From: Polymyxa betae A26-41
Lineage: Eukaryota > Protista > Endomyxa: Phytomyxea
Reading direction: 5' to 3'
Assembly (NCBI GenBank): GCA_003693705.1
Contig: RBZT01000106.1
Location: 1-64,000, forward strand
Length of the DNA: 64,000 bases
This document shows, piece by piece, positions 1 to 11,750 of this stretch. The translations under genes were made by a program, and so were the position numbers. The notes beneath the pieces were generated by a model. That model was not told the origin of the DNA and ran no database searches. It saw only the letters and a list, made by a program, of their open reading frames with translations. Numbering within the stretch: position 1 is the first letter of the stretch; every line of letters begins with the position of its first letter.

Positions 1-112
1 GGTTCAGTTCGTGACGAAATGACTTCCTACTTCCGAATTCCCAACCGCAAAAAAAAAACAACAGAAATACAGTCGAGAAGAATTGAACTCCCGTCATGAC
101 GCTCACGCAACT

Positions 113-345
113 CCGTAGACCTTCGAATAGCCAGCGGTCTATTTCCAGGAAATTGACCGGTCTATTTAATAGATAGACTATAGACCCGCGGTGGGGCATT
201 CCGTGACGGGTCTATATTCAATAGACCTCGGAATAGACCCGCGGTGGAGATGCTCTTATGGTCCATAATGCGTCCCACAAATCCGGCCACAGTTTCATCC
301 CATTTTGGACCACAATGCACTACCAGAGTAGTCCATTTTGGATTC
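113..345. repeat. Cluster of short direct/inverted motifs (ATAGACC/GGTCTAT; CCATWWTGG-like), probable DNA-transposon subterminal region
   Basis: GGTCTAT at 136, 159 and 209; ATAGACC at 180, 221 and 233; ATAGACCCGCGGTGG occurs twice. Followed by GGTCCATAATG, CCATTTTGG and GGACCACAATG motifs. Confidence 0.55.
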
Positions 346-1874
346 ACTTTCTGGTGCATTGTGTTGAGCAAAATGGTCGATCATGAGATATCTAAAATTA
401 ATTGATTGCCAAAACAAAATGGGCCTTTAACGAATTACAGAATGTTGCTTAATGTATTATCACTATCTATCAGATTGGCGGATATTTGAGAAATAAAACT
501 TTGTATTATTAGAAATTACTAGTGCTATACGACTTCTGATTGTATGCTATGTCTACCGAATCCTAGGGGCCGACAATCACCAGCATTCAGGGACAGAGAG
601 TTCAAAAACAGTCGCGTCGGAGGCTCCAGATGCGGACGAGAACAAGGACAGAACCGATTTCTTTACTTGTCGGCTGTGACATTGTCTTCTTTCCGAACAA
701 CAGCTTTCGCACTGAAACCAATGTCAGCAGCAGTAGATCGGTAAACAGACCTATGAGTATCGAAATTTGGCATCACCCATGGATACCATTTAATCACCAA
801 GGCAGCCTACAAGAGCAGTTTCAGTGAAACAAGTTTGTCCAAAATTTCTTCAACTTAACCGCAAAAGTCGAAGAAATTTCATTGATGAGCGTCTTGAAAT
901 AGTAACCTATAAAATGATCAGCAGATCTTATTATTCAGTACAATACAGTAGTGATAAAAATGACTCCTTCCAACAATAATAACAATTAGGTAGGTAGAAT
1001 TTAAGGACATTGAAAAATAAGCCCAATTTGTAACACCAAATTGCAAATACTTAAACAGTTATAAAGATAAAAAAACAGGATAACGATGACTGCTCACAAT
1101 CTGATTAAGACCCTAACTGATCGCAAATCGCAATGATACTCTTTCAGCCTATAGTTGCAATCCTTGTAAACTGAGCTTTACCTAAACACACTTTCAATAA
1201 TGAGTCAGTTATCAATATAAACATACTTTTGGTGACAACTAGAAATCAATCGTTAGCAATAAAGCTCTTTGAGACCTGTTTATGGCTCAGTTTGATGATG
1301 TAAAAAAATCTTAATACTGAAGGAGGTCCATTTACCGAACATCAGGGCACCTTCGCCTAGTACTTAACCTCACCGATGATGAGCACGTCCATCAGTCTGC
1401 TTTTCTGTCAATCAAGACATCAGCCAGCCCTTTCGCCGATGCTCCTTCTGTTGGAGATTAGTCTTAAGTTGCAACTTCAGCGGTGCCGGCACGAGCCACC
1501 AGTACCAAAAATGTTTGTTAAATGTGGAACTCTCCCTCCAAGCGTCACGGCACGCCAAGGGACCCCTGCGACAATCTGCGAGGGCTGCGCTTGGATCGTA
1601 ATTAAATTGGCAAACTTGGTTTATCTCGCTTGTCGTCACTTTATTTCCAGAGTTATCTTATCCGTCGATATATAACCACCTGTTTTTTATTCTGAGGTTG
1701 TCTTACGAATAGGAATTTACCCTAGATTTCTTAACCTTAACATATTTATTATTAGGTCCCATCATAGAGAATATTTTTGTCCCCCCATACAATTATATTG
1801 GGAAATTACTGGAAGTTTCAAAAAATCTCTTGGATATAGTAGCATACTTGAAGAGGGAAATATCATACTCGACC

Positions 1875-2010
1875 ATGACGGGTTCCATACGGACGCGATT
1901 GACTCTTGAGGAGAAACTGGCGGTTATCGCCTCAGATTGCGGCAGCCAACGAACGTATTGAACAAAAAATCGAAGCAGTGGGCTTAGATAAGAAAACTAA
2001 TAAACAACCC
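1875..2010 (+). pseudogene. Relic N-terminus of a pogo/Tigger-type (CENP-B-like HTH) transposase
   Basis: ATG at 1875 reads MTGSIRTRLTLEEKLAVI, resembling the R.RLTLEEKL.II start of pogo-family transposases, then stops. Lies next to a pogo-type MITE. Confidence 0.45.
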
Positions 2011-2024
2011 ATATCGCTGCTTTA

Positions 2025-2168
2025 CAGTTCCTCCAATAGTGACATAGTATCACTACAAAATATTGCTCCTGTCACAAAAGCGATGTAGTGACAGGGGGTG
2101 TTACTATTAGTATATATGGGAAATATTATTGTGGAAGGAGTGGACGTCACTATTTGAAGGTGTCACTA
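2025..2168. mobile_element. Degenerate pogo/Tc1-mariner-type MITE
   Basis: Left end TA|CAGTTCCTCCAATAGTGAC; reverse complement of right end TA|TAGTGACACCTTCAAATAGTGAC. TA flanks both sides; internal AGTGAC/GTCACT repeats. Confidence 0.5.
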
Positions 2169-2264
2169 TATCGAAAGATAGTAAAAACCCAATCCTTCAG
2201 TGTTGTGTGAGAATATGTACAATAAAACTTTGCATTTATAATACCATAAAGAATTATCTGCGAT

Positions 2265-2460
2265 TGTCCATTGTGGACCATAATGGTGATCGATAATGGA
2301 GGGACAACCCGATAATTCATGATTTCCATAATGGACCATAAAGGGTTGCGTAAAGACCCATTTTGGAATTCCATTATGAATTTTATAGATGTTCCATTAT
2401 GTACCATAATGGGACGTGTACTTAAAATTCCCATCATGACCCATAATGGACCACACAGCA
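2265..2460. repeat. Array of CCATAATGG-type quasi-palindromic motifs
   Basis: Repeated CCATAATGG, CCATTATG, CCATTTTGG and GGACCATAA; related to the motifs at 258-345. Confidence 0.6.
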
Positions 2461-2511
2461 AATCATAAAGGAAATACGCAAACAATTCTCCGCCATGATC
2501 CATTTATGATT

Positions 2512-2604
2512 TACTTGCGCGGTGTGTACAAAACTAAAACTGTGGTGGTCCCGCAGAAAACGGTAGTTTTAAGAAAACTACAGTTTTGTACTCGTGTTTC
2601 AAGT
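2512..2604. repeat. Small foldback / inverted repeat
   Basis: TACTTG...GTACAAAACT and AGTTTTGTAC...CAAGTA form the arms. Confidence 0.5.
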
Positions 2605-3951
2605 ATTTACCGCAAACGTTACCTGGTGCGTGGAAAGTGCGTAATCTTACATTCAATTAGAATCTTAAGCACCTATTACCTCAACAGACGCCTGCCTGTG
2701 AATTCCTTGTGGTTGGAGGAATCGTCGTCGCCTTGGCTGCCTTGGGAATTATCTGTATTATCCTGGGATGCGTCTCTGTTGACAAGGCGCTTGCGATTAC
2801 TGCTCCGTCAGCAAACGATTCGATTGTTTTTTGCAACATGGGACCTTATACCAATGTATAGTATCGGAGCATTCCTCGTTGCGCTCGGCGCTTGCATTTG
2901 CTGCATTGTTGTGTACCAGTTCTATAAGAACCAAAACAATAGAGTGGCTGATTGAGAATATATTGATCACTGAGATGACTGGGACTTTCTCTCTTAGCAC
3001 ACAACCCCAATTCAGGTGCTTGTTGACGAGCACTGGAGTTGAGTTTCCTCGACGCTTCCTGATCGTTGAGATAGTTCTCCTTGTATATTAAACTCCCACT
3101 CGCCATTTCAGTTTTCCGTTCTTGTTCAGCGTGCCATAGCCCATAGTGTTGTTTACATATCACGCTCTCTTTAACATTGTCGCTTCTTGGAGACGGCGTA
3201 CGCTTGGCATTCATTGCGCTCAGCATGAACGGCGGTTCGTGGCATCTTCAAATTTAGAGGTGTTGGCAGATTTCGAAACTAAGTACCATGAGCGCTCAGT
3301 GAAAGAATTTCTTCCAGATTCTTTCACATACTTTTAAGAAAATCATGTCTATCATCATAAAATCCATAATATAAATTTTAGGTATAATTCTAGAAGTTCC
3401 TTTTTGTCTCTTATTTTCCTCTGTCTTGCTCGAACTTCCAATTCTTCTTCTCATCTTATTACATTTCCTTTCAAGACATCCATCATAGACTAATCTTATT
3501 CTTCCGTCTAAATGTCGACAATAAGTTGAATTGTCTTCGTGAATTTCTACTTTGAATACTTCATGTTTATTACAGCATCTTTCAGTTTCACACAATCCTA
3601 ACATCATCAATATTGGATACTCTGTCTTTTCAATAAACAACGAAGAATGAATAAGCGTTCAATGGTTCTTATCTGAGAGCGAGAGATTAAGTTTCATGAT
3701 AAACCATTCAGATCCAAGGGGCCTAAATTTTCATCGACTAATTGAAATCGTTTTCTCAACATCAATATCGGTTACCTATTACAGACTTATCTTGGAAATG
3801 ATCTGCAATCGGACGGCAATCTCAGCAAAGGATTGCCGGATGCCAACAGCAGTTCATCAGGTTTTTGCGTTCCAGATTGAGCATAGAATTCGAATACCAG
3901 ATTGACACATCTCAGTCTCTGCCGTATTTATTACTTACATTTCTAAACCAA

Positions 3952-5945
3952 TCACGAAAACGTCGAAACATCACTATCCTCGCAGGAAACGTTCTGCTCA
4001 GCAAATTTCACCCGATTACCAATCTGTAATCTCGTCAATCGGGCCTTGTTCCATCGACCATGCCCTCCTTCCTCTTTCTGCTGAACGACCGGCGTTGTGA
4101 TGGCGCCGTTCGACATGTGATAGGAGCCGGCCATGACCGGAGCAAATACAGATGGTCCATTCTGGACGAGGTTCTGGGCGTCCACGATCCCGATCAACGA
4201 CGGGTGCAGATTATTGATGCCGACGACGACACCCTGTCCTGACATATATTGGGCCTCAACAGGCGCCGACGACGCCTGATTCGGTTTACGTCGTATCCAG
4301 CAGCAGATAACACTGCAGACGGCCGACACCAGCAAGCAGACACCTGCTACAACCAACAAAGGGCTGTTAAATAACACACCAGATTTCGACGGTGACAACG
4401 ACGACGATGATGGTGTCGGACATTGGCTCGGGCTGATGACGTAATTTGAGCCACAGTTGACCGCAAGAACGCCGATCGTCTGGACAGCGACCGGCGGCGC
4501 GCTGACCCAGACCAGCAGGCTGCTGGAGCGCAGGTCGCTGCCCGGAATTTGGATCTGCTGATTGAATTCACCGGCAAGGAGTGTAGCATCTGGGTCGTTG
4601 ATGATGTCTGGTAAGGCAATGAAGGAGAGAAGAGTAGACGATGATGTTTGCTGTTCGAATTGAACAGAAGTGAATCTTGCTGTAGATACATGTAATGCCT
4701 GACTCATAGATTTAATAAATGATGTGATCATTGAGGTCTTGGTTGGTTCTGTAAGCCCTAATGTTCGTAGACCAATTGTTAACGAGATCTGCCAAGCGTT
4801 CCAGCTTTGGGTTGTTTTAGATGATATCGATGGTGACCTAAAACAGCTGAACATTTGAATATTCCATGAAATAGTAATGAATACATGATCGAAAATCTGG
4901 TCGAGGGCGTCACATCAACCGATTGAGTATTCGTAGATGATGGTGGGATCAATACCCACGTCGACGCCGCTATTGGAGGTGATGATGATGGCGCCAATAA
5001 CCGTGCAGAACATGTCATCTGGATGGCGATCCATTTGAGATTGCCAGGACATGAATCCGAGAGTAGAAAATTAATGGGTGGTATGGTACATGTGTTCAGC
5101 CCTATACAGAGATGGTTGAAAGCAGATATGACTCGATTATGATCTAAGTCGCAGTTCGGATTAGGAGTTATATCAGGCCAGACCCCAATGGGGCGACCCC
5201 AATATGCTTTCGTTACATTGCTAATATATCCATCATCCATACATGATACATTCGAGTTCGAGATAGACCGTTCAAAGCCAAGGACGCCCAGCTCGTTGCC
5301 AACCTGCCACGAATTCGTGCTGGGCGGCAGGTTCCAGGTTCCATAGTCATAATCAAGACTGCTCAATGCCGTATCGAATATACGTAATGCTGTGAGATAG
5401 AGCGGGATTGAATCTGGTGATGCCATCGACACAATCGGCGCCACGATCACGGCTGTACTGGAAGGCAGCATGTTGCCGACCGGCCCGAATCCGACCACAC
5501 TGCGACCCTGCGTCACATTCACACTGGAATAATAGAGACTGACGTATCTGGATGGGCCATTAACGATGGTGACCCCAAATGAGAACCAGGTATCGAGTGT
5601 AATTCGAGGTCCAATCATCATTTCAGTACCAGCAGTGGTAGAGATATTCACTGCCAGATACTTGTCGTTCAGGATATAAACTTTTGGCAACGAATAGCTG
5701 GGCGATGACTCCGGTTGAACTGTGAACAGCAGTCGAATCGGCTGCGACAGCGTCGAGCGAGCTTGGGCAAACCCGTGATATGAAATGGTCACCGTGCTGA
5801 TAGATTTCATCGACGCGAAGGTCGGGTTCGGAATAATGTTATCGCTGCTGGTACGATATGGATCTTGAAACACTTCGATGTAGGCGGCCGGGACGAACAC
5901 AATACTACCTGTAATGATAATGATGAGAATAACCTGAGCATTCAT
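3952..5945 (-). CDS. Type I membrane lectin-receptor-like protein, paralog A (SP, LamG-like, SUEL lectin, S/T stalk, SEA-like, TM, tail with RVKF)
   Basis: ORFs 4779-5945 and 3952-4854 join in frame through a GT-AG intron at 4838-4884. Hydrophobic N-terminus; YWGR...DSCPGNLKW..MTC; TM LLVVAGVCLLVSAVCSVICCWI followed by RRK. Confidence 0.85.
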
Positions 5946-6437
5946 TTACAGGTTGATTGCAACACCGCTTTCAGATACTAAGGAACGGAGAGGTCGGCTG
6001 GTACACGCCCATCCCTTCTACAAAGCGTGTAATTCTCGTATTTGTCGGTGCTATTCCATTCTGGTCATCGATGTAGCAGATGTTCTCATTGTTTCCTGGA
6101 TTCATAAAAATGAGCAAGGCTGCTATAGCTGCACGATATAGCAGGCATCAAGACCGCATGGTGTTAGAAACTGTCACAATTCTGGCGACAGCAATGTAGT
6201 GAATGAACAAACCACGTACATGCACTTTTCGCGACAAACCTCCTCATGATGAATCGATGTATCATGACATCAACTGACTATTTAACGTAATGAACATCGA
6301 GTTTTTACTATCTATTTATATATTGCATCCGGTCGGAATGCCAGAATTACGTACTTGTTCTAGTCATGTTATTCAGCAGCTGAGATTAGAGACCGGAATA
6401 TTGCTTAGAAAAGCAGGAAATTGTTCCAATATGAGCA

Positions 6438-8585
6438 TCAGTCACTATCACCAAGGACAGCATGAGAATTTTGTACATCAAAGTGAACACGAGCTCCAGG
6501 ATGTGATTTATCGGATCGAGATCGTTTACGTCGGCCAGGCGAGGGCGGTGGCCGTGGTGAGGGCGGACGTGGTGAGTGCTGCCGTGGTGGCGCTTCCGAA
6601 TTTAAAGAAGGCAGTGCGACGGCGGACATGTGATGCATGTTGCCTGCCCTGGGAGACATCGGCACCTGTCTTTCTTGAAAGACGTTCAAGAACGACGGAT
6701 GGATCGGATACAAATTGTTCGGGACGGCGACGCCAATTGATGGTGCCGAGGCATGCGACGCCGCCTGTGCATACTCCAGTCCTATCGGCTTTCGTTGATA
6801 CCAACAATACAGCCCGCCACAAACACCAGCAATCACCAAGATAAAGATGGTAGCGAGAGCAATAAACATGTAAATGTAGGCCGTACTGGCTGTTGGACCA
6901 GCACTCGATGCTAAGGCAACAGCTGGGCATGCGTTAGGGCTGATGACGTACGAGTTCCCGCCACAGTTAATGACTCGCAGACCGATGGCCTGGATGGCGA
7001 CCGGAGGGCCGGCGGCATAAACTAATAAAGTTCCTGATCTTAGGTCGCTGCCTGCAATCTGCATCTGCTGCGTGAAGCTTGCCACAACGGCGGTGGCGTC
7101 CGGGTCGATGGCGTTCGGCAAGGCCACGAACGATAATAATGTGGAGGAGGAGGTCTGCTGCTGGAACTCTATCAGGGTGAATCTAGTAGGAGGCACATAC
7201 AGAGCTTGGCTCATATCATTAATGAAACCGGATGTAAGGGCGTTCTGAGTTGTATCGCTGATGCCCAAGGTCTTGAACATGATCGTCAATGAGATTTGCC
7301 AAGCGTTGTAGTTCGATGCACGTTTGAAAGAAGGCACCCGCCTGTGTCATAGAACTTCAGCGAGGATTTTAAGTTTTTGATAAAATTGTGAGCATGTCAG
7401 AAGTCTTGAACAAGGAAAACAAGGAGCGCGGAAATTGATTGCTTACACAGAAGGAATATATGTAGAGTTGAGAACAGCAGCCGGTATCTCCATCGGACTA
7501 GCAGTTCTTTGATTCGAAGCCTTTGGCGCCAAGGATTCAGTGCCAGACCTTGCACTCGGAGCAACAGCTGAAGAAGGCGCAGCGGTTGGCGTGGAGGTCC
7601 TGTTGGGCCAGGTCCATAGTCCAGCAATGGATGTTGAGCAGGTCATGGAGACGGCTACATACTTGATAGTTCCTGGACATGGATCTATTGTATAATCTCT
7701 CACACTCTGTGGTATGATACATGATGGCTTGGAAAGGCACGCAGCCTCCACAGTCGCCATAGTCAATGTACTATTAGCATTACATAGAGGGTTGGCTGAT
7801 ATCTGAGGCCAGACACCTTTTGGATGGCCATACAGCGCTTGGCGGATGGCAGTGATCCAGCCATTCCCGGCGCATGAAACATTCGTGCTGGATGCGGCTT
7901 GCTCAAAACCTGAGACGCCGAGGTTGTTGCCGATTTGCCAGACGTATGTCGGGGGCGGGTTCGCCCAGAGGTCGTTATCGAATCCTGCTTGTGAAAGCAC
8001 CGATTCGATAACATGTAATGACATGAGATAGACTGGGACCGGATCCGTTATTGGCGATAATTCAAGCGCTTGAACGACGGCCGTGCTGGATGGCACCATA
8101 TTGCCTTTCATAGTGTATTGCATTGCGACCGAGGCTGTTGAGTTTAAATACGATATGTAGAGAAGAATGCTGCGTGAATCTGCATTGCCATTATTGGCAA
8201 TGGCGATACCGAATCCAAACCAGGAATCGAGCGGAACTTTGGGGCCGATGAAGGTTTCGTTGCCGAACGTCGTGGTGACGGTCGCAGCTAGATTACTGCT
8301 ATTCACGATGGCGACGTTCGGCAGCATGTATTGTTTAGAGGAAACCGGATGGACTGAGAACAGCAGACGAGATTGCAACGTCGATGTTGAGGGCACCTGT
8401 GCAAATCCTTTGTACGAAATTGCCACAGTACGGATAGATGTCATGGATCGAAAAATTGGGTTCGCGAGGACGCTCTGGGCATCGACCCGATACGGATCGC
8501 CAAAAAGCTGCATCTCGGCATTGATCAGCACGACCCCAACGCTGATTAATATGATCAAACCGGACATCTGATGCCTGGGGGACAT
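6438..8585 (-). CDS. Type I membrane lectin-receptor-like protein, paralog B
   Basis: Intron 7342-7446 joins ORFs 7443-8651 and 6438-7337. Start probably 8585 or 8567. LYGH...DPCPGTIKY..MTC is a SUEL signature; TM helix; Pro/Arg tail with RVHF. Confidence 0.85.
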
Positions 8586-9160
8586 ACCATGAGATTGTCT
8601 TCGGCTACCCGTCCTTCTCAAAAAGAACGTTCGTAGCGGTCTCAATTGCATCGTTGGAGTGTAATCTTAGCAGTCAGTCATAAAGGCAGCAGGGAACTGA
8701 TTTATGGAGCAACAGGTGGTGAAGCCAGGTGTTTTTATTATATAGCTCTCATCTCTGGAAATACATTTTATATATTTCACATTTGGAGAGTCGGTTGCCT
8801 ACGAGGCAAAGGCTAACGGTTCCATCCTTTCCAAATCGCAACCGGTGAATCCAGTAAGGTCGTGTGGCGGATGTCAAGTAAGACAAGGCGTTCTGTTGTT
8901 GTATTGATTTATATATGGATTTTTTGATTTCCATTCGCTTGGGTGAGAATGCAGTATTCAGAATGCTAAGACGACATAATGCCTATGGTTGAGGTGTCAT
9001 CAATAGACTTATCCATTTTAATACTACAGCTGCCGAGTAGCTTGGATGATCACTGTCGTAGCTAGCAGAAATCTAATGCTGAAAGTGATATAGGACGACA
9101 TCGCACTTGAGGGTATCATTTCTGTCAAAAAGTATCAAATAACGCTGAAGAGTCAAAGAT

Positions 9161-11750
9161 TCAAGAAAGCGTTGTGAAATATGAATAGCTTTCCGTAGCA
9201 TAGGCTGCGGATCTCTGCCGGGTTGGTCCTGGTTGGAATCGTTGCAGTGGCTGGGATAACGATGGGGATCCTTTCATTGATCCTGGCTGACTTGCAGCAT
9301 GTGATATTTGACTAATATTGGACTGAATCACTGGATTCGACATAAAATGCAAATGTGCTGGTGGTACAATCGCACTGTTCGATTGATGATGTGTGTTAAC
9401 CGGTGACGTCGCTAATAACGAGCCGTGAAAGAAGTTTTGTCCATCCATAAACAAAGGAGCATGCGTCGGCTGGAAATTGATATTTGATCCGACAGCCACG
9501 CCGCTACCGGTGGATAAAAAACTGGAGTTTTTAGGGCCCGTTAACTGCGAAAATCCCTGAGGGTGTTCAGCTTTCATTGTCCTTCTTCTACACCAGCACA
9601 GACTACCACCGATCATCACAACCAGTGAGATGATGAGGCATGAGCCTGCGATCAACAAATAGGAATTGCTGGCGATAAAAGAGGAAGGCAGCGATGGTGA
9701 TGATGTTGGACATGGACTCGAGCTAAGCACGTACGTGTTGGAACCACAGTTTGCAACACGGACGCCTGTAATATGAAGGATAACAGGAGATTGACTGGAC
9801 CAGATTAATAGAGTCCCTGCTCTGAGATCACTTCCTGAAAGTTGAATCTGCTGCGAAAAGCTGGCGACCAAACCGGTGGCATCCGGGTCAGTGGCATTCG
9901 GCAGAACCACGAACGATAATGTAGTTGAAAATTGCTTTTGATCTTCAAAGTCCATCATAGCAAACCTGTCAATGTGCTTGTTGTTAATGACAGATGGCCG
10001 TGTGGCGAGTTATGCAAAGATAACAAACCTGGTGGGTGGGACGCTTAGAGCTGTGCTCATATCATTAATACAGGCAGCGAAGAGACTATTGCGGGTCGTA
10101 TCAGTGATGCCTGTTGTTCTTAAACCGATTGCCAAAGATATCCGCCAGGCATTATAATGTGATGCCGTTTTCGACGACGACGGTGCCCTAAACAAAAATG
10201 GTGATATAGTCAGTGTTATTCGGAATTGACAATGGGCAATCAGCTATCCCCCAAGAATTCAATAATAGAATGGCTTACATTGATAAAGAAAAACTGTTAA
10301 TCAGCGATTTGCTACTGCTGGGTGACAATGCAGCGCTTGAATACACAGCCGTTGTTGGACTAGATACCTTATTCGCAAAGCTTGAAGGGAACAGCGTCGA
10401 AGAAGGCATCGCAGTAGAAGGTGCTATCATAGGCGTCGGCTTCTTCGAGCTTGACGAAAGCCTTGATGAGGATGGCGAACTTAGCGCAGGCTTCGATGAT
10501 AATGACGAACTTAACGCAGGCTTCGATGGTAATGACGAACTTAAAGCGGAATTCGATGAAAATGCCGAACTTAACGAAGGCTTCGATAACGTGGTTGGCG
10601 TTATCGAGGAGCTAGACGACGCAGATTTGCTTGGCGATTCTGAGGAGGGTTTTGATGATAACGGTAAGGAACTCGATGTCTGTGATACTGCCGATGATGC
10701 CGAAGTCGAGCATGTTAACGACGCTGCAATCCACTTCTTAGCGCCACTACATGGATCTCCATAGTCGGAATTTCTCTGTGGTAAGACACACGAGTTCTTG
10801 TTAAGACATGCAGCCTTGACAACAGAGATTGTGGTTGCAGTATCAGTATTGCATGCCGACCTGGCTGTGATGTTGGGCCAAACCCCAATTGGACGACCCC
10901 AATACACTTTGTTCACACTGGTGATTCGCCCGCCCCCAGCACAAGCGATCGTATTATCAGATGTGCGTTGTTCAAAGCCGAATACGCCAAGCTCAGTGTC
11001 CATTTGCCAGGTGTACGTATTAGGCACGACCATCCATGTGTAATAATCTGAGGATGAATCAGATCCCGATTCTACAAAGATAAAGAGCTTACTAACCGAA
11101 CCAGTTGGTCGTTAATGCCGATGAAGAGATACGTAACGACGTTAGATAGGACGGAACTGGAGCCATCGATGATGGCGACAAAGCTGGTGCTATCGCCACC
11201 GCCGTATTGGATAGCAACATATTGCCTTTAGGCGTGTATTGTATGCTGACACTACTGGCATTATCGATATTGGAGTAGTATAATAAGACATAACGCTGAG
11301 ATGGTGTTGCACTATTGGAGATTGTAATGCCGAATGAAAACCAAGTGTTTAGAGAGACGCTGGGCCCAATGAATGTCTCAAGGCCGTTCGTAGTCGTGAT
11401 ATTGACAGCCAAGAAGTTCTTGCTCGAGACATAGACGTAGGGCAGCACGGTCGCGCTAGTCGACGTTGGACGCACAGAGAATATCACCCGAGGCGATGAT
11501 GTTGATGTCGAAAGAATCTGTGTAAATCCTATGGGGATTCAAGGTCAATATTAACATTGGGATGATGGAATGGTTCAAAGATCTGACCCTGATATGAAAC
11601 AGCAACCGAGTTGATTACTAGCATTGCAGCATACTTCTGGTTGGGAACGACGCTGCCGGCAACAGATCTGTAAGGATCACCGAACAATTCGGTGAAATCT
11701 TGAGCGGCAGCCAAGATCGCCAAGCTGGCGATTGTTACGAGAGCATACAT
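9161..11750 (-). CDS. Type I membrane lectin-receptor-like protein, paralog C (long Ser-rich stalk)
   Basis: Five exons join in frame through introns 11529-11587, 11048-11096, 10188-10278 and 9966-10028. Signal peptide MYALVTIASLAILAAA; YWGR...DPCSGAKKW; TM helix followed by RRR. Confidence 0.85.
10477..10590. repeat. 30-bp coding minisatellite (~4 units) in the Ser-rich stalk
   Basis: GAACTTAACGCAGGCTTCGATGRTAATGAC-like unit repeated; encodes SKPALSSSLS-like decamers on the minus strand. Confidence 0.85.

Noticed and set aside
2265-2460. CRISPR-like repeat-spacer array
   Set aside because: Motifs are ~9 bp, degenerate and irregularly spaced; eukaryotic context with no cas genes.
3296-3640. 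AT-rich 114-aa minus ORF
   Set aside because: Non-ATG start, no motif and no splice context.
6290-6844. 184-aa + strand ORF
   Set aside because: Antisense to the paralog B tail; no independent motif.
10213-10764. 183-aa acidic + strand ORF
   Set aside because: Antisense shadow of the Ser-rich stalk of paralog C.
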